Below, piece by piece: positions 28,694 to 39,600 of a DNA stretch of 64,000 bases. The notes below the pieces were generated by a model. The model saw nothing but the letters and a program-made list of their open reading frames with translations, was not told where the DNA came from and made no database searches. The stretch spans positions 21,106 through 85,105 of the forward strand of contig CABMCB010000092.1 in assembly GCA_902384455.1 (NCBI GenBank), read 5' to 3'. The position numbers were made by a program, and so were the translations under genes. This DNA comes from an uncultured archaeon. Its GTDB lineage: Archaea > Altiarchaeota > Altiarchaeia > IMC4 > SCGC-AAA252-I15. Position 1 is the first letter of the stretch. The number at the start of each line of letters is the position of its first letter.

Positions 28694-30739
28694 ATGCCAG
28701 TCGCTTCGCTTATGCAGATTAAGGGCGTCGGAAAGAAGATGGCCGACTCCCTGATTAAGGCTTACGGCAGCGAAGAAGCCGTTCTTTCCGCGCTGGCTTT
28801 AGGCGACGTCGACGGGCTGTCGGCGGTGCCGGGCGTTGGAGGCGGCCGCGCTTTGAGTCTTGTGCGGGCTTTTAGGGTGGGTGGCGGAGGTTGGCCTTTG
28901 AAGACTGAAGCGGCGAATGAGGTTTTTGAGCGTCTATTGGAGGTTATTAGGAGGTATCCTGTGACTGACGGTGGCCGCCGCAGCGTTAATGCGCTTGTTG
29001 TTTATTCGGATTTGGATGGTGTTTCACGGGGTTTTTCGCGCGTTAAAGACAGCGTTTCTTTGCCTGAGGGTACTGTTGCGTCGGTTAGGGATGCTCTTTC
29101 GCGGGTTTGCGCCCTTAAGCCAGTCAAACGGCCTTTTTTTGACGATAGGGTTGTCGGGGCTTTTTCTGAATCTGCTTTTGAGCGTGCTCATTCTCTCTTG
29201 TCAAAGTACGTTTCTGTGGCGCTTTGGGACGGCCCGGATGATTTGAGGAGGCAGGAAGGTAAGAAGGTTTTTTTGGTGACTGACGGGCAAGAGGATGTTT
29301 CCGCGGGGGACGATGTTACTGTTGTTTCGGGTGAGCAGCTTAACGTGCCGGACGTTGTGCCTGAGGCGGTTCTGCTGCCGTTCGTCCAAAACAAAGAGAC
29401 TGTTGACGCCTTGAGGAAGGTGTCTGAGTGCGTGAGAAACGAACCTGCCTTATCCCGGTTCACTGCGGCATTTAACCTTGAGTTTCTTGCCGGCGTCTCA
29501 CTTGACGAATTCGACGAGGAAGGCCGCGTTAATGAGGGTGTTGTGCGTGAGGTTGATAAGGCGTTGAATGTTTCTTTGCGTTTGGTTGAGGCGGTTGAGC
29601 GGGAGACTAAGGCGATTAATGAGCGCGTGGGGCAGCGGCTAGAGGCGGAGAAAGTGACTGTTTCCGCTTCGGCCCTTTTGAACTTGGCGGCCGGAGGAAA
29701 CATAGAGCAGGTGATGCCTGCTCTCGCTTCAATCGTCGAGGAGGAGATTGACGCCGCAGTAAGCCGGCTTAAGACTGAGTTTGACGGGCATGATTCTCTG
29801 ATGGAGGCCGCAGAATGGTTCAACGAAACGTATCCTGTGAAGGCTAATTTGGAGGCTGCTGAAGCGGTCGCCGCGGCTTCTGCTGTTGAGGCGTCTGATG
29901 TTTGCTTTAGGAGGATTAGTTTTGCGGCGCGCAAGCTTGTTGGCAAGAGGAAGAGTGTTGATGAGGCGCTTGCCGCGACGTATGAGCTTGATTTGTTTGT
30001 GGCGCTGGGCGTTTTCGCCCGCGAAAACAATCTAACCGAACCCAAACCGGGAGAGGGTTTGGGTTTTGCTGGCGGACGAAACCTTTTCATCAAAGACGCC
30101 CGGCCAGTCAACTACAGCTTAGGCTCAAAGTTAGGGCCGAATGAAAGGGTCGCCGTCCTTACCGGCGCAAACAGCGGCGGAAAAACAACGCTCCTCACGC
30201 TTCTCATGCAGGTTCAGCTTCTTGCCCAAATGGGGCTTTACGTCCCGGCAACTGAAGCGGAATTCAAATTGGTTGAGGAATTCTACTACATAACAAAACA
30301 CAGGGGAACAATGAACGCAGGCGCATTCGAAGAAAGCCTTAAGACGCTCGTGCCCCTTGCGTCGGCAGGAGTGCCCAGGATGGTGCTCGTAGACGAACTG
30401 GAGGCAGTCACAGAACCAGGCGCAGCAGCAAGCGTCCTATCAGTGCTCCTCCACCTCCTTGCCGAATCAGGCTCACACGCAGTATTCGTCACACACCTCT
30501 CACAGGAAATAGCAACAAGACTGCCAGCAGGAGTAAGAATAGACGGCATAGAAGCAGAAGGCCTCGACGAAAACCTCAACCTAATAGTAGACCGCCAACC
30601 CAAATACGGAGTAGTCGGAAGAAGCACGCCCGAACTAATAGTACGCCGACTATTCCACACCGCAGACGGACAAGAAAAAGAAGCCTACAGCCTCATACTG
30701 GAGACTATGAAAAAAGACGCGGCCGAAGCCAAAAAATAG
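28694..30739 (+). CDS. Archaeal MutS-related ATPase with N-terminal helix-hairpin-helix
   Basis: IKGVGKKMA and VPGVG HhH motifs; LTGANSGGKTT, AGAFE, LVDELEAVTEPG, VFVTH. Confidence 0.85.
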   Translation: MPVASLMQIKGVGKKMADSLIKAYGSEEAVLSALALGDVDGLSAVPGVGGGRALSLVRAFRVGGGGWPLKTEAANEVFERLLEVIRRYPVTDGGRRSVNALVVYSDLDGVSRGFSRVKDSVSLPEGTVASVRDALSRVCALKPVKRPFFDDRVVGAFSESAFERAHSLLSKYVSVALWDGPDDLRRQEGKKVFLVTDGQEDVSAGDDVTVVSGEQLNVPDVVPEAVLLPFVQNKETVDALRKVSECVRNEPALSRFTAAFNLEFLAGVSLDEFDEEGRVNEGVVREVDKALNVSLRLVEAVERETKAINERVGQRLEAEKVTVSASALLNLAAGGNIEQVMPALASIVEEEIDAAVSRLKTEFDGHDSLMEAAEWFNETYPVKANLEAAEAVAAASAVEASDVCFRRISFAARKLVGKRKSVDEALAATYELDLFVALGVFARENNLTEPKPGEGLGFAGGRNLFIKDARPVNYSLGSKLGPNERVAVLTGANSGGKTTLLTLLMQVQLLAQMGLYVPATEAEFKLVEEFYYITKHRGTMNAGAFEESLKTLVPLASAGVPRMVLVDELEAVTEPGAAASVLSVLLHLLAESGSHAVFVTHLSQEIATRLPAGVRIDGIEAEGLDENLNLIVDRQPKYGVVGRSTPELIVRRLFHTADGQEKEAYSLILETMKKDAAEAKK

Positions 30740-30818
30740 GTATACGCGTCCCGGCCCTCTGGCGCAAGTCATTATTTAAACGGCCTTTTCCTTCCTTGAT
30801 TACTGCGGGGAATAAGAT

Positions 30819-31067
30819 ATGGAAATATTCAACGTTGAAGTGCGGGTGATGCTTAAGAAAGGTATGACTGACGCGGAAGGAGACACCGTCCAGAAGTCGC
30901 TCGCACTACTTGGGTTCAAAGTCCAGAAAGTCGACACAATAAAGACGTACGTCTTGCATGTGGAGGCCGCTTCCAAGGAGGCGGCTGTCGCGGAGGTTAG
31001 GAGGGCTTGCGAGAAGCTTATTGCTAATCCGGTGATACACGATTTCAAGGTTACTGTTCTTTCATGA
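30819..31067 (+). CDS. purS: FGAM synthase PurS subunit
   Basis: LKKGMTDAEG, CEKLIANPVIH. Confidence 0.92.
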   Translation: MEIFNVEVRVMLKKGMTDAEGDTVQKSLALLGFKVQKVDTIKTYVLHVEAASKEAAVAEVRRACEKLIANPVIHDFKVTVLS

Positions 31068-33370
31068 AGCAACTTTACAGACCGTATTCGGATGGCGTCG
31101 TGGAAATCGATTTGGTTGGCGCAGACGACGCGACTCTTGAGCGCATCTCCAAGGAGAGGGTGCTTGGGTTGAGTTTGAGCGAGATGAAGCTTGTTCAGGC
31201 GCACTTCAAGAAGGAAGGCAGGAATCCGCGCGACATAGAGCTTGAGGCTTTTGCGCAATCGTGGAGCGAACACTGCTGTTACAAAAGCAGCAGACCAGTG
31301 CTTAAGCGCACGGTCTTTGGCATAGAAGCGCCACAAAACATAAACGTAATCTCTGAAGACGCAGGCGTCGTAGACTTCGACAAAGACCACGCTTACGTCG
31401 TAGGATTCGAAAGCCACAACCACCCAAGCGCACTCGACCCCTACGGAGGCTCATCCACAGGAGTAGGCGGAATACTAAGAGACGTAGTCTGCATGGGCGG
31501 ACAACCAATCGCGCTCACAGACCCACTGTTTTTCGGGCCCCTAAACATCAAAGACAAGGAAGTGCCGGAAGGAACAAAACACCCCAGATACCTGTTTGGG
31601 GGAGTCGTTTCGGGAATAGCAGACTACGGAAACCGCGTGGGCATTCCAACAGTATCCGGGCAAGTCACATTCCACAAAGGATACGTCACCAACTGCTTAG
31701 TCAACGCAGGATGCGTGGGGATAATAAGAAAAAGCAACGTCATACATAGCCGCGTAGGAGCAGTAGGCGACATCTACATTATGGCCGGGGGCAGGACAGG
31801 CCGAGACGGAATCCATGGAGTAAGCTTCGCTTCGGCGCAGCTGGATGAGAAGAGCGACGAAGAAAGCCGGCCTGCCGTGCAGTTGGGTTACGCTAATGTT
31901 AAGGAGCCTTTGATTCACGCGTGCCTTGAGGCAAACGAGCGGGGGCTTCTGACCGGCATGAAAGACTTCGGAGGAGGCGGTTTGTCTTGCGTTTCCGCCG
32001 AGATGGCGCATTCCGCAAAGTTGGGCGGAGTGATAGACCTTGACAAGGTGCCTTTGAAGGAGGAGGGGCTTAGTCCCTGGGAAATCTGGGTTTCAGAAAG
32101 CCAGGAGCGGATGATGGTCACAGTCAAGCCGGAGAATGTGGAGAAGGTTCTTGAGGTGTTCAGGTTCTGGGACGTCGAGGCGACTGTCGTAGGATCAGTT
32201 GAAAAGTCGAATAGAATCCGCGCAATGCACAAAGGAAAAGAAGTCCTCAACCTAGACCTTGAGTTCCTCATCGCAGGAGTGTCATACAACAGGCCAGCAG
32301 TTTACTTGGAACGCGACGAAAGCGACCCCACGTACAAGACGCCTAACCTTTCCGAAATCGCAAAGAAGCTTCTTGCCAACCCAAACATAGCAAGCAAAGA
32401 AGGAGTCATACGCCGCTACGACCACGAAGTACGCGGCTCCACAATAATAAAACCCATGCAAGGAGCAATCAACCACTCGACACACGGCGACGCAGCAGTG
32501 CTCAAACCGCTCAAAGACAGCAACCGCGGACTCGCAATAGCCACGTCAGTAAACCCCTACTATTGCGAAATAAACCCCTACTGGGGAGCGGCCTCCGCTG
32601 TCGACGAAGCAGTAAGAAACCTCGTCGCAGTAGGCGCCGCACCGCACAGCCTAGCAGACTGCCTAAACTTCGGCAACCCAGAAAAAACAGACCGCATGGC
32701 AGACTTCATCAAGGCGTGCGAAGGGCTTAGGTACGCTGCGGTAGCATACAAGGTGCCTTACGTTTCGGGGAACGTCAGCTTGTACAACGAGGGGACTACA
32801 GGCGCAATACCGCCGACACCCTCAATACTTGCCGTTGGAATAATAGAGGACGTACGTAAAGCGGTGACAAGCGACCTCAAGAAAGCAGGCAACATACTCT
32901 ACCTAGTCGGAAACACCCGCAAAGAAATGGGAGGAAGCCAATACTACCAGGAACTCGGCCTCACCGGAGGACAGGTTCCCATAGTCGTCCCAGAAGAGAC
33001 TAAACAGGGAATGGACGGCCTTCTTTCCGCAATGAAAAAAAGCCTTGTCGCAAGCTGCCACGACCTATCCGACGGCGGACTGTTTGTTGCCGCATGCGAG
33101 ATGGCATTCGGCGGAAAACTAGGCGTCAAAATAAACCTCGACGCCGCAGCCGAAAACCTTCCCGCAGACGTAACTCTCTTCTCAGAAAGCAACGGCCGAT
33201 GGCTCACAGAAGTCCCCGCAGGCAAGACAACAGAATTCGAGAAAACAGTGAAGGCCCGGCGAATCGGCGTCGTGTCTGAGTCCCGGATTGTTTTTGAGTC
33301 GCAAGGCAAGAAGGTTCTTGATGAGGACGCTGAAGCGCTTTACGGAATCTGGTCTAACGCCTTAAGGTAA
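31064..33370 (+). CDS. purL: FGAM synthase PurL subunit
   Basis: QSWSEHCCYKSS, ESHNHPS, GRTGRDGIHG, SESQERM, DCLNFGNP, SGNVSLYN. Confidence 0.96.
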   Translation: MKQLYRPYSDGVVEIDLVGADDATLERISKERVLGLSLSEMKLVQAHFKKEGRNPRDIELEAFAQSWSEHCCYKSSRPVLKRTVFGIEAPQNINVISEDAGVVDFDKDHAYVVGFESHNHPSALDPYGGSSTGVGGILRDVVCMGGQPIALTDPLFFGPLNIKDKEVPEGTKHPRYLFGGVVSGIADYGNRVGIPTVSGQVTFHKGYVTNCLVNAGCVGIIRKSNVIHSRVGAVGDIYIMAGGRTGRDGIHGVSFASAQLDEKSDEESRPAVQLGYANVKEPLIHACLEANERGLLTGMKDFGGGGLSCVSAEMAHSAKLGGVIDLDKVPLKEEGLSPWEIWVSESQERMMVTVKPENVEKVLEVFRFWDVEATVVGSVEKSNRIRAMHKGKEVLNLDLEFLIAGVSYNRPAVYLERDESDPTYKTPNLSEIAKKLLANPNIASKEGVIRRYDHEVRGSTIIKPMQGAINHSTHGDAAVLKPLKDSNRGLAIATSVNPYYCEINPYWGAASAVDEAVRNLVAVGAAPHSLADCLNFGNPEKTDRMADFIKACEGLRYAAVAYKVPYVSGNVSLYNEGTTGAIPPTPSILAVGIIEDVRKAVTSDLKKAGNILYLVGNTRKEMGGSQYYQELGLTGGQVPIVVPEETKQGMDGLLSAMKKSLVASCHDLSDGGLFVAACEMAFGGKLGVKINLDAAAENLPADVTLFSESNGRWLTEVPAGKTTEFEKTVKARRIGVVSESRIVFESQGKKVLDEDAEALYGIWSNALR

Positions 33371-33377
33371 GATTATT

Positions 33378-33707
33378 ATGCCGCTTAAACGCCTGAAGGA
33401 GAAGACTACGACTGAGAACCTTTGGCTCTACATCTTAGCTTTGCTCATAAAGAAGCCGGTTTACGCCTATGAGATACGCGACAGAATCAGCGAGGAATTC
33501 GGGTTCGACATAGGCAACGTCACCGCCTACATAGTCCTCTACCGCCTGGAAAAAGACGGTTACGTCACGACCGAATGGAAGAGTGGAGTGCACGAGAGAA
33601 AGTACTACCGCATAACCCCAAAAGGCAGGGAAGCATTAGACGACGGCATAAACCACCTTAAGGAACTCGTCAAAATGCTTTCTCCTAAAAAAACAATCCG
33701 ACAATAG
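33378..33707 (+). CDS. PadR-family transcriptional regulator
   Basis: YAYEI, LYRLEKDGYV, RKYYRITPKG. Confidence 0.9.
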   Translation: MPLKRLKEKTTTENLWLYILALLIKKPVYAYEIRDRISEEFGFDIGNVTAYIVLYRLEKDGYVTTEWKSGVHERKYYRITPKGREALDDGINHLKELVKMLSPKKTIRQ

Positions 33708-33861
33708 ACGCAGAAACCGTCTTCACAGCCGTGCTTGCGGGTGTTGCGAATTCATAGTGGTAACCGAAAAGCCACCACAACACCAGGACAATCAGGATTA
33801 AGAGAATCGCACCAAACAGTATCGTAAGCTCAATAACAGGTATCCTTATTTCGTGGTCCAC
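33685..33861 (-). CDS. Small membrane protein (58 aa, absent from the ORF track)
   Basis: Hand translation from GTG: MDHEIRIPVIELTILFGAILLILIVLVLWWLFGYHYEFATPASTAVKTVSASIVGLFF. Confidence 0.45.
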   Translation of the reverse strand: MDHEIRIPVIELTILFGAILLILIVLVLWWLFGYHYEFATPASTAVKTVSASIVGLFF

Positions 33862-33894
33862 TTATCTTAATTACGCGCGCTCATCATAAAAAAC

Positions 33895-34767
33895 ATGGAA
33901 AGCGGGCTTTCACACACGGTTCTCGCACGATACCCCTTCCTAACGGAAGCCAAAGCTTACGTCGCCGGATTAGGCCTCACTCTGGACGAGATAGTGAAGC
34001 ACCCGGTATACAGCATTGCGGTCGAAAAAGCGGGGCAGCGCCTTGAAGGATGCGTCAAGGGGGGGTACGTGCCGGCAACAGACTCCGACGTCGACCGCGA
34101 CATAGCGCTCCTGTCTTATCCGCTTGCGAGAGTCGCCGCAAACCTGTCTGGAAGCCCGTGGGTTATTGAAAAATACGCCGCCGGAGAAGCGGAAACAACG
34201 CTGCACTACCTCACCGAAGACGACAACAAAAACCCCAGAACCGTTGACGCCATAGCGGCAGAAATGGGGCTCGAATTCAATGCGGGAAAAATACACATCC
34301 TGACGTACCTAAAATCCACGGCAACGCTTGCCAGGTCAGACCCAAACTGGAAGCTCGCCAACCGGCAGGTGAACAACGGATTCGTCGAAATAACCCGCCA
34401 GGAATTCAGGAAGATGATTGCGGAAGAAGTCCGCAAAAAAATAATGGAGCCGACTCCAATCGCCGACGCCCCACCGCAACTGAAGAGAATAGGGGAAGCA
34501 GCCAAACTACTCAACGCGCAAATGCAGCCGCGAAGAACAGGCGGCAAAGTCACCCTCGACAGCCTACCAAAAAAATACAAGCACCTCGCCGCAGGAGTCG
34601 GCGAAGGCCAGCGCGACAACGCGCTCACGTCCCTTATCGGAGTCCTTAAGGCAGTGGGACTCACCAAAGAAGAGGCACTTAAGGAAGCGACGGAATTCTG
34701 CAGAAGATGCACCCCGCCCATCGAAGAAAAAATAGCTCAAGAAAAAATCAACCGACTGATGAAGTAA
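33895..34767 (+). CDS. priL: DNA primase large subunit with atypical PriCT-1/PriX-like C-terminus
   Basis: LARYPFLTEAKAYV, LSYPLAR, WKLANRQVNNGFV N-terminal PriL motifs; C-terminal GVGEGQRDNAL. Confidence 0.8.
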   Translation: MESGLSHTVLARYPFLTEAKAYVAGLGLTLDEIVKHPVYSIAVEKAGQRLEGCVKGGYVPATDSDVDRDIALLSYPLARVAANLSGSPWVIEKYAAGEAETTLHYLTEDDNKNPRTVDAIAAEMGLEFNAGKIHILTYLKSTATLARSDPNWKLANRQVNNGFVEITRQEFRKMIAEEVRKKIMEPTPIADAPPQLKRIGEAAKLLNAQMQPRRTGGKVTLDSLPKKYKHLAAGVGEGQRDNALTSLIGVLKAVGLTKEEALKEATEFCRRCTPPIEEKIAQEKINRLMK

Positions 34768-34770
34768 ACA

Positions 34771-35301
34771 ATGAAAGAAAACGCAACCAAACAAACAAAG
34801 AGAACCAACGTCATAATCGTGGCCGCAACAGTAATCGCCGCCGTAGGCTACTTTGTGGCGTATTTTACCCCGGAACTGGGCGCGTGGAATGCAGGCGCAT
34901 TAGGCCTGTCAGTGCTTGCCATAGCGTACTTCACCAGCGCCCTTGCCTTTACCGCTTCAGTACTGTTTTCCGTCATCGCCTTTTTCACGGCCATGCCCGT
35001 AATCGGATACGTTTATGTCGCAGTAATTTACACCGTATCTAAGACTATACAGTGGATTCTGCGTTTCATATTCAACCAGGTGCTGTACAGAATTCCGCTG
35101 TACAGAAGCGTTGAAAAGAAATTCAAAGCAAACTCCATAGTCCTCGGAACATACGACGCAGTAAACAAAATTATGGTTAAGGCCGGACTGAAGGAGTACC
35201 TGACTCTGTCAGTGCTTGAGATGAGGATGTGCCCGTTTTGCGGCGAAGACACCCCTGCCGGCGGAAACTACTGCTTCGCATGCGGAAACAAACTCAAGTA
35301 A
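34771..35301 (+). CDS. Membrane protein with C-terminal zinc ribbon
   Basis: Three TM helices; CPFCG......NYCFACG. Confidence 0.75.
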   Translation: MKENATKQTKRTNVIIVAATVIAAVGYFVAYFTPELGAWNAGALGLSVLAIAYFTSALAFTASVLFSVIAFFTAMPVIGYVYVAVIYTVSKTIQWILRFIFNQVLYRIPLYRSVEKKFKANSIVLGTYDAVNKIMVKAGLKEYLTLSVLEMRMCPFCGEDTPAGGNYCFACGNKLK

Positions 35302-35330
35302 AGCCGAGTAAACGTCTTGCGGGCTTAGGT

Positions 35331-36605
35331 TTATTTTCCCTTCCAATACGCAAGCGCCTGCGCCAGTTCCTTATGCGATTTGGAGTAGGACTCAAGAGAC
35401 TGCCGCTTAATGCAGGCGTCCACCGCCTGGCGCATCGCTGTTGCTCCTGCCTTAGTTCCTTTGGGGTGGCCGTGTATTCCTCCTCCGGCTTGCACTACGA
35501 AGTCGTTTCCGAATAACTTCATTAGTTGGGGGACTCCGCTCGGGTCTAGTCCGCCGCTTGCGACAGGCATGACCGGCTTGATTGAGCCCCATTCCTGAGG
35601 CAGAAACACCGGGCCTTTTTTGACTTCTTTCTCTCGGACTTCGTTGATGATTGCTTTGGTTTCTGCTGGTCCGCCTTCCATTTTGCCTACTTCGCCGGTG
35701 CCTACGTGCAGGGTGTCGACTCCTATTAGACGGTATATTTTGGCGAGCGCGAGCATCGTCATTCCGTGGCGGGGGTTGCGAGTTATCATTCCGTGCATTG
35801 CGCGGTGGGCGTGTAGCGGCAGCCCCAAATCGGCCTCCCTGAGGGATTGGACTGCTGCGAATCCTGCGGTCAATACGTCTATCATAAGGTAGTTTGCTCC
35901 CAGCTTCTTGGCGAGCTTTGCGCGCCTGATCATCTCGCCGGTTTCTGCCGTCACGTTGATTAGGTACGCCTTCTTTTCCCCCGTCTTTTTCTCGGCTTTC
36001 TTCATGAGCGCAAGCGTTGCTTTGGCGCGCTTCTCAAACGGGTTGAAAGACTGGCTCGTAAGATTCTCGTCGTCCTTCACCACGTCGCAGCCGCCAACCC
36101 AGGCGTCATACGCGACCTTAGCGTGCTTCTGGTAAGGCAACCCCAGCTTCGGCTTTATAATCGTGCCCACAAAAGGGCGCTTCTCTATGCCGAATCTTTT
36201 TCTGAGACCGTCAATCCCGTACTCCGGCCCGCGATGCGCCTTAAGGAGCGCCGGCGGAAACTGTATGTCCAAAAGCCGAAGGTTCTCCACTGCTTTCATC
36301 CCGAATATGTTTCCTGCGATGCTCGACATTATTCCAGGGACGTTCTCGAACTCGAAAAGTTCCGGCGGATAAGCGACAGCAAAAACACCCTTCTTTTTGT
36401 CTATCTTGCATATGTGAGGCGCAAGTCCACCGATAGAATCCTTGCTTGTGACTACGTCGGTCCACGTGCCCACGCTGCTTTCGCCAGCGACGTGCTCCGC
36501 AGTCCACTCAAGGGTTTTCCCTCTGGGAGATTCAGCGTAAAACAAGCAGACGACTTCCTTCCTTTTTGGAGTATAATCCGTGTTGACGAAACCCACGTAG
36601 GCCAT
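35331..36605 (-). CDS. rbcL: Form III ribulose-bisphosphate carboxylase
   Basis: ESSVGTW, GNIFGM, GTIIKPKLGL, GGCDVVKDDE, HAHRAMH, LHVGT..VGKM, VASGG, QAGGGIHGHP. Confidence 0.93.
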   Translation of the reverse strand: MAYVGFVNTDYTPKRKEVVCLFYAESPRGKTLEWTAEHVAGESSVGTWTDVVTSKDSIGGLAPHICKIDKKKGVFAVAYPPELFEFENVPGIMSSIAGNIFGMKAVENLRLLDIQFPPALLKAHRGPEYGIDGLRKRFGIEKRPFVGTIIKPKLGLPYQKHAKVAYDAWVGGCDVVKDDENLTSQSFNPFEKRAKATLALMKKAEKKTGEKKAYLINVTAETGEMIRRAKLAKKLGANYLMIDVLTAGFAAVQSLREADLGLPLHAHRAMHGMITRNPRHGMTMLALAKIYRLIGVDTLHVGTGEVGKMEGGPAETKAIINEVREKEVKKGPVFLPQEWGSIKPVMPVASGGLDPSGVPQLMKLFGNDFVVQAGGGIHGHPKGTKAGATAMRQAVDACIKRQSLESYSKSHKELAQALAYWKGK

Positions 36606-36642
36606 GATAGAGAATCGTATGCCGGATTAATTAGCTGAGGAT

Positions 36643-39600
36643 TTACGCGGCCTTAAGGTTAGTTGCGACCGCTTCGCTGCTGTGAGGCACGACCTTGCTG
36701 AACAAAGGAAGGAAGTGACTCCAGTTCTCCAAAATCTCGGCTGCCCTCGGGCTTCCAGTTACCTCCAGGTGGCGTTGAATCATCTTCTGAAGCAGCGCCT
36801 CGTCTTCCGCGTCAAGGACGGGTTCAAGGGCGATAAGCTGAGGGTTTATGCGCTTCTCCAAGTCGTCTCTCTCGTTGAGGACGTACGCAATTCCGCCGGT
36901 CATACCGGCGCCGAAGTTTCTGCCCACGTCCCCCAAAATGACGACGGTCCCGCCGGTCATGTACTCGCACCCGTGGTCGCCCACCCCTTCTATGACCGCG
37001 TTTCCTCCGGAATTCCTGACGCAAAAACGCTCCCCAGCCCGACCTGCCGCATACAACGACCCTCCGGTTGCGCCGTACATTACGGTGTTGCCTACTATGA
37101 CGTTCTCATGAGTCCTGAAAGAGCTTTCCTGCGGCGGGCGGACAATTATTTCCCCGCCGTTCATTCCTTTGCCTACGTAGTCGTTTGCTTCACCGGCTAG
37201 TATGAGGCGTACGCCGTTTATTAGGAATGCTCCGAAGCTTTGGCCTGCGCTTCCGATGAAGCTGCATTCTATTGTTCCTTCAGGGAGGCTTTTGTTTTGG
37301 TGCTTGCGCGCTATTTCGCCGGAGATTTTTGCGCCAACCGTGCGGTTTATGTTGCGGATTGATTTGGACGTTTTTACTGGTTTACCCCAGTCGATAGAAC
37401 TGCTGGTTTCATCCAGTATGGAGTCGTCTAATGACGTCGCTTTGGACATTTCATTTCGGATTTTCATGTTGCGCAGGTGCTTTTTCCCCGTCGAATCCGG
37501 GCTGGCAAGAACACCCGCCAAGTCCATATTACGGGTCTTTGAGTAATGGACCCCGTCCTTCAATTCCAAGAGTTCCACGCGCCCTATGATTTCATCCAGA
37601 CTGCGGCACCCTAATGAAGCCAGAATCTCGCGGACATCGTTGGCCACGAACATCATATAGTTCATCACCCATTCGGGTTTGTTTGGGAACTTAGCGCGGA
37701 ATTCCGGATTCTGCGAAGCAACTCCCACCGGGCAATTATTGTTGTGGCATTGGCGCGCCATGACGCACCCAGCCGCAACCAAAGCGCAAGTCCCGAACCC
37801 ATATTCCTCAGCGCCCAAAAGCGCAGCTATCACTACGTCGCGGCCGGTCTTTAATCCGCCGTCCACCCTGACTACGACGCGTTCCCTCAAGTCGTTTCTC
37901 ACAAGAACCTGCTGGACTTCCGCGAGCCCCAGCTCCCAAGGTATGCCTGCGTGCTTTATTGAGCCCAGCGGAGACGCGCCTGTTCCCCCGTCTGCTCCGC
38001 TTACGTGTATGACGTCCGCGTAAGCTTTTGCCACCCCTGCGGCGACAGTTCCAATGCCCGCCTCAGACACCAGTTTCACTGCGACCTTAGCTTGGGGGTT
38101 AACCTGCTTTAGGTCGTAAATCAGCTGCGACAAATCCTCTATGCTGTATATGTCGTGGTGAGGCGGCGGCGAAATCAACGTGACACCAGGAGTAGAGTGC
38201 CTGATTGCCGCAATCTCGTCGGTGACTTTATGCCCTGGAAGCTGACCTCCCTCGCCGGGCTTGCTTCCCTGAGCGACCTTGATTTCCAGTTCCTTAGCGC
38301 TAACAAGATAAGACGGAGTGACTCCGAAACGACCTGAAGAAACCTGCTTTATGGCGCTGTTGCTTGAGTCGCCGTTAGATAGCGGAGCATAACGAGAAGG
38401 GTCTTCCCCGCCTTCTCCGCTGTTGCTTTTAGCGCCCAAGCGGTTCATCGCTACCGCCACCGTCATATGCGCCTCCTTGCTCAAAGCGCCGTGCGACATC
38501 GCAGACGCAGAAAACCTTTTGATTATCGACTCCGCAGACTCCACCTCATCAATGGGAACAGGACTCGACTCCTTGAACTTCAGCAAGTCCCGCAGATTAA
38601 TCAGCTCACGATTCTCCACCAAAGAAGAAAACACCTTGTACTCCTGCATGCTGTTGCTTCGCACGGCCTTATGCAGCGCCGTGAAGAACTTCGGGGCGAA
38701 CGCGTGCTCTTCCTTGCCTGAGATGAATCGGTAGTAGCCCATGTTTTCCAGTTGGGCGTGGCCTTCCGGTTCAAACGCCTCTTTGTGGAAGCGCAGGACG
38801 TCTGACGCAATTTCTTTGAAGGATACTCCGCCTATCCTTGACGGAGTGCCGGGGAAGCACTCGTCTATGACTTCGGAGGAAAGTCCTACTGCCTCCAGTA
38901 GTTTTGAGCCGCGGTAGCATGATAGGGTGCAGACGCCCATTTTGGACATTATTTTAAGTATTCCTGTTTCGACTGCGCGGCGGTAGTTGAGCAATGCTTG
39001 CTTTGGGGTTAGCTCGGGGAAGTATCCGCTAAGCATGTCGTGGATTGTGGAGTACGTCAGATAAGGGTAAATGCAGTTTGCCCCGTACGCCAGTAAGCAT
39101 GCGAAATGGTGGTCTTCCCTCGGCTCGCCGCTTTCCACCACAATGCTGCACTTCAATCTAAGCCCGTTTTTAATCAGGGCATGGTGGACTGCGCTTACTG
39201 CAAGAAGCATGGGAACTGGGGCGTTATTCTTGTTGACGCCCAAATCCGAAATGAACAGCACCGAAGTGCCGGATTCTGCCGCCGACACCGACTCTTTGCA
39301 CAGGCGGTCCACCGCCTTTTTTAGTCCGGCCGTTCCTTCGGACACTGGGAATGTGGCTTTTAGTTCGCATGATTTGAATTCTGGGTCGCGGTTGGTGCGT
39401 ATCCAGTCCATCTCAAAGTGGGTGAGGATGGGGCTGTTGAATTTTATGAGTTTGGCGCTGCCCGGCTCCTCAAGTAGTATGCTTCGCCTTCTGCCGAGCG
39501 CTGTGTGCAAAGACATCACAAGCTTTTCGCGGTACGGGTCAATGGGGGGGTTGGTGACTTGCGCGAAGCGCTGCTTGAAGTAATCGCATATGTTCCTTGG

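Noticed and set aside
30819-33370. purS-purL without purQ as a sign of pathway loss
   Set aside because: Purine genes are scattered in this window (purA, purD, purM are separate), so purQ is probably elsewhere
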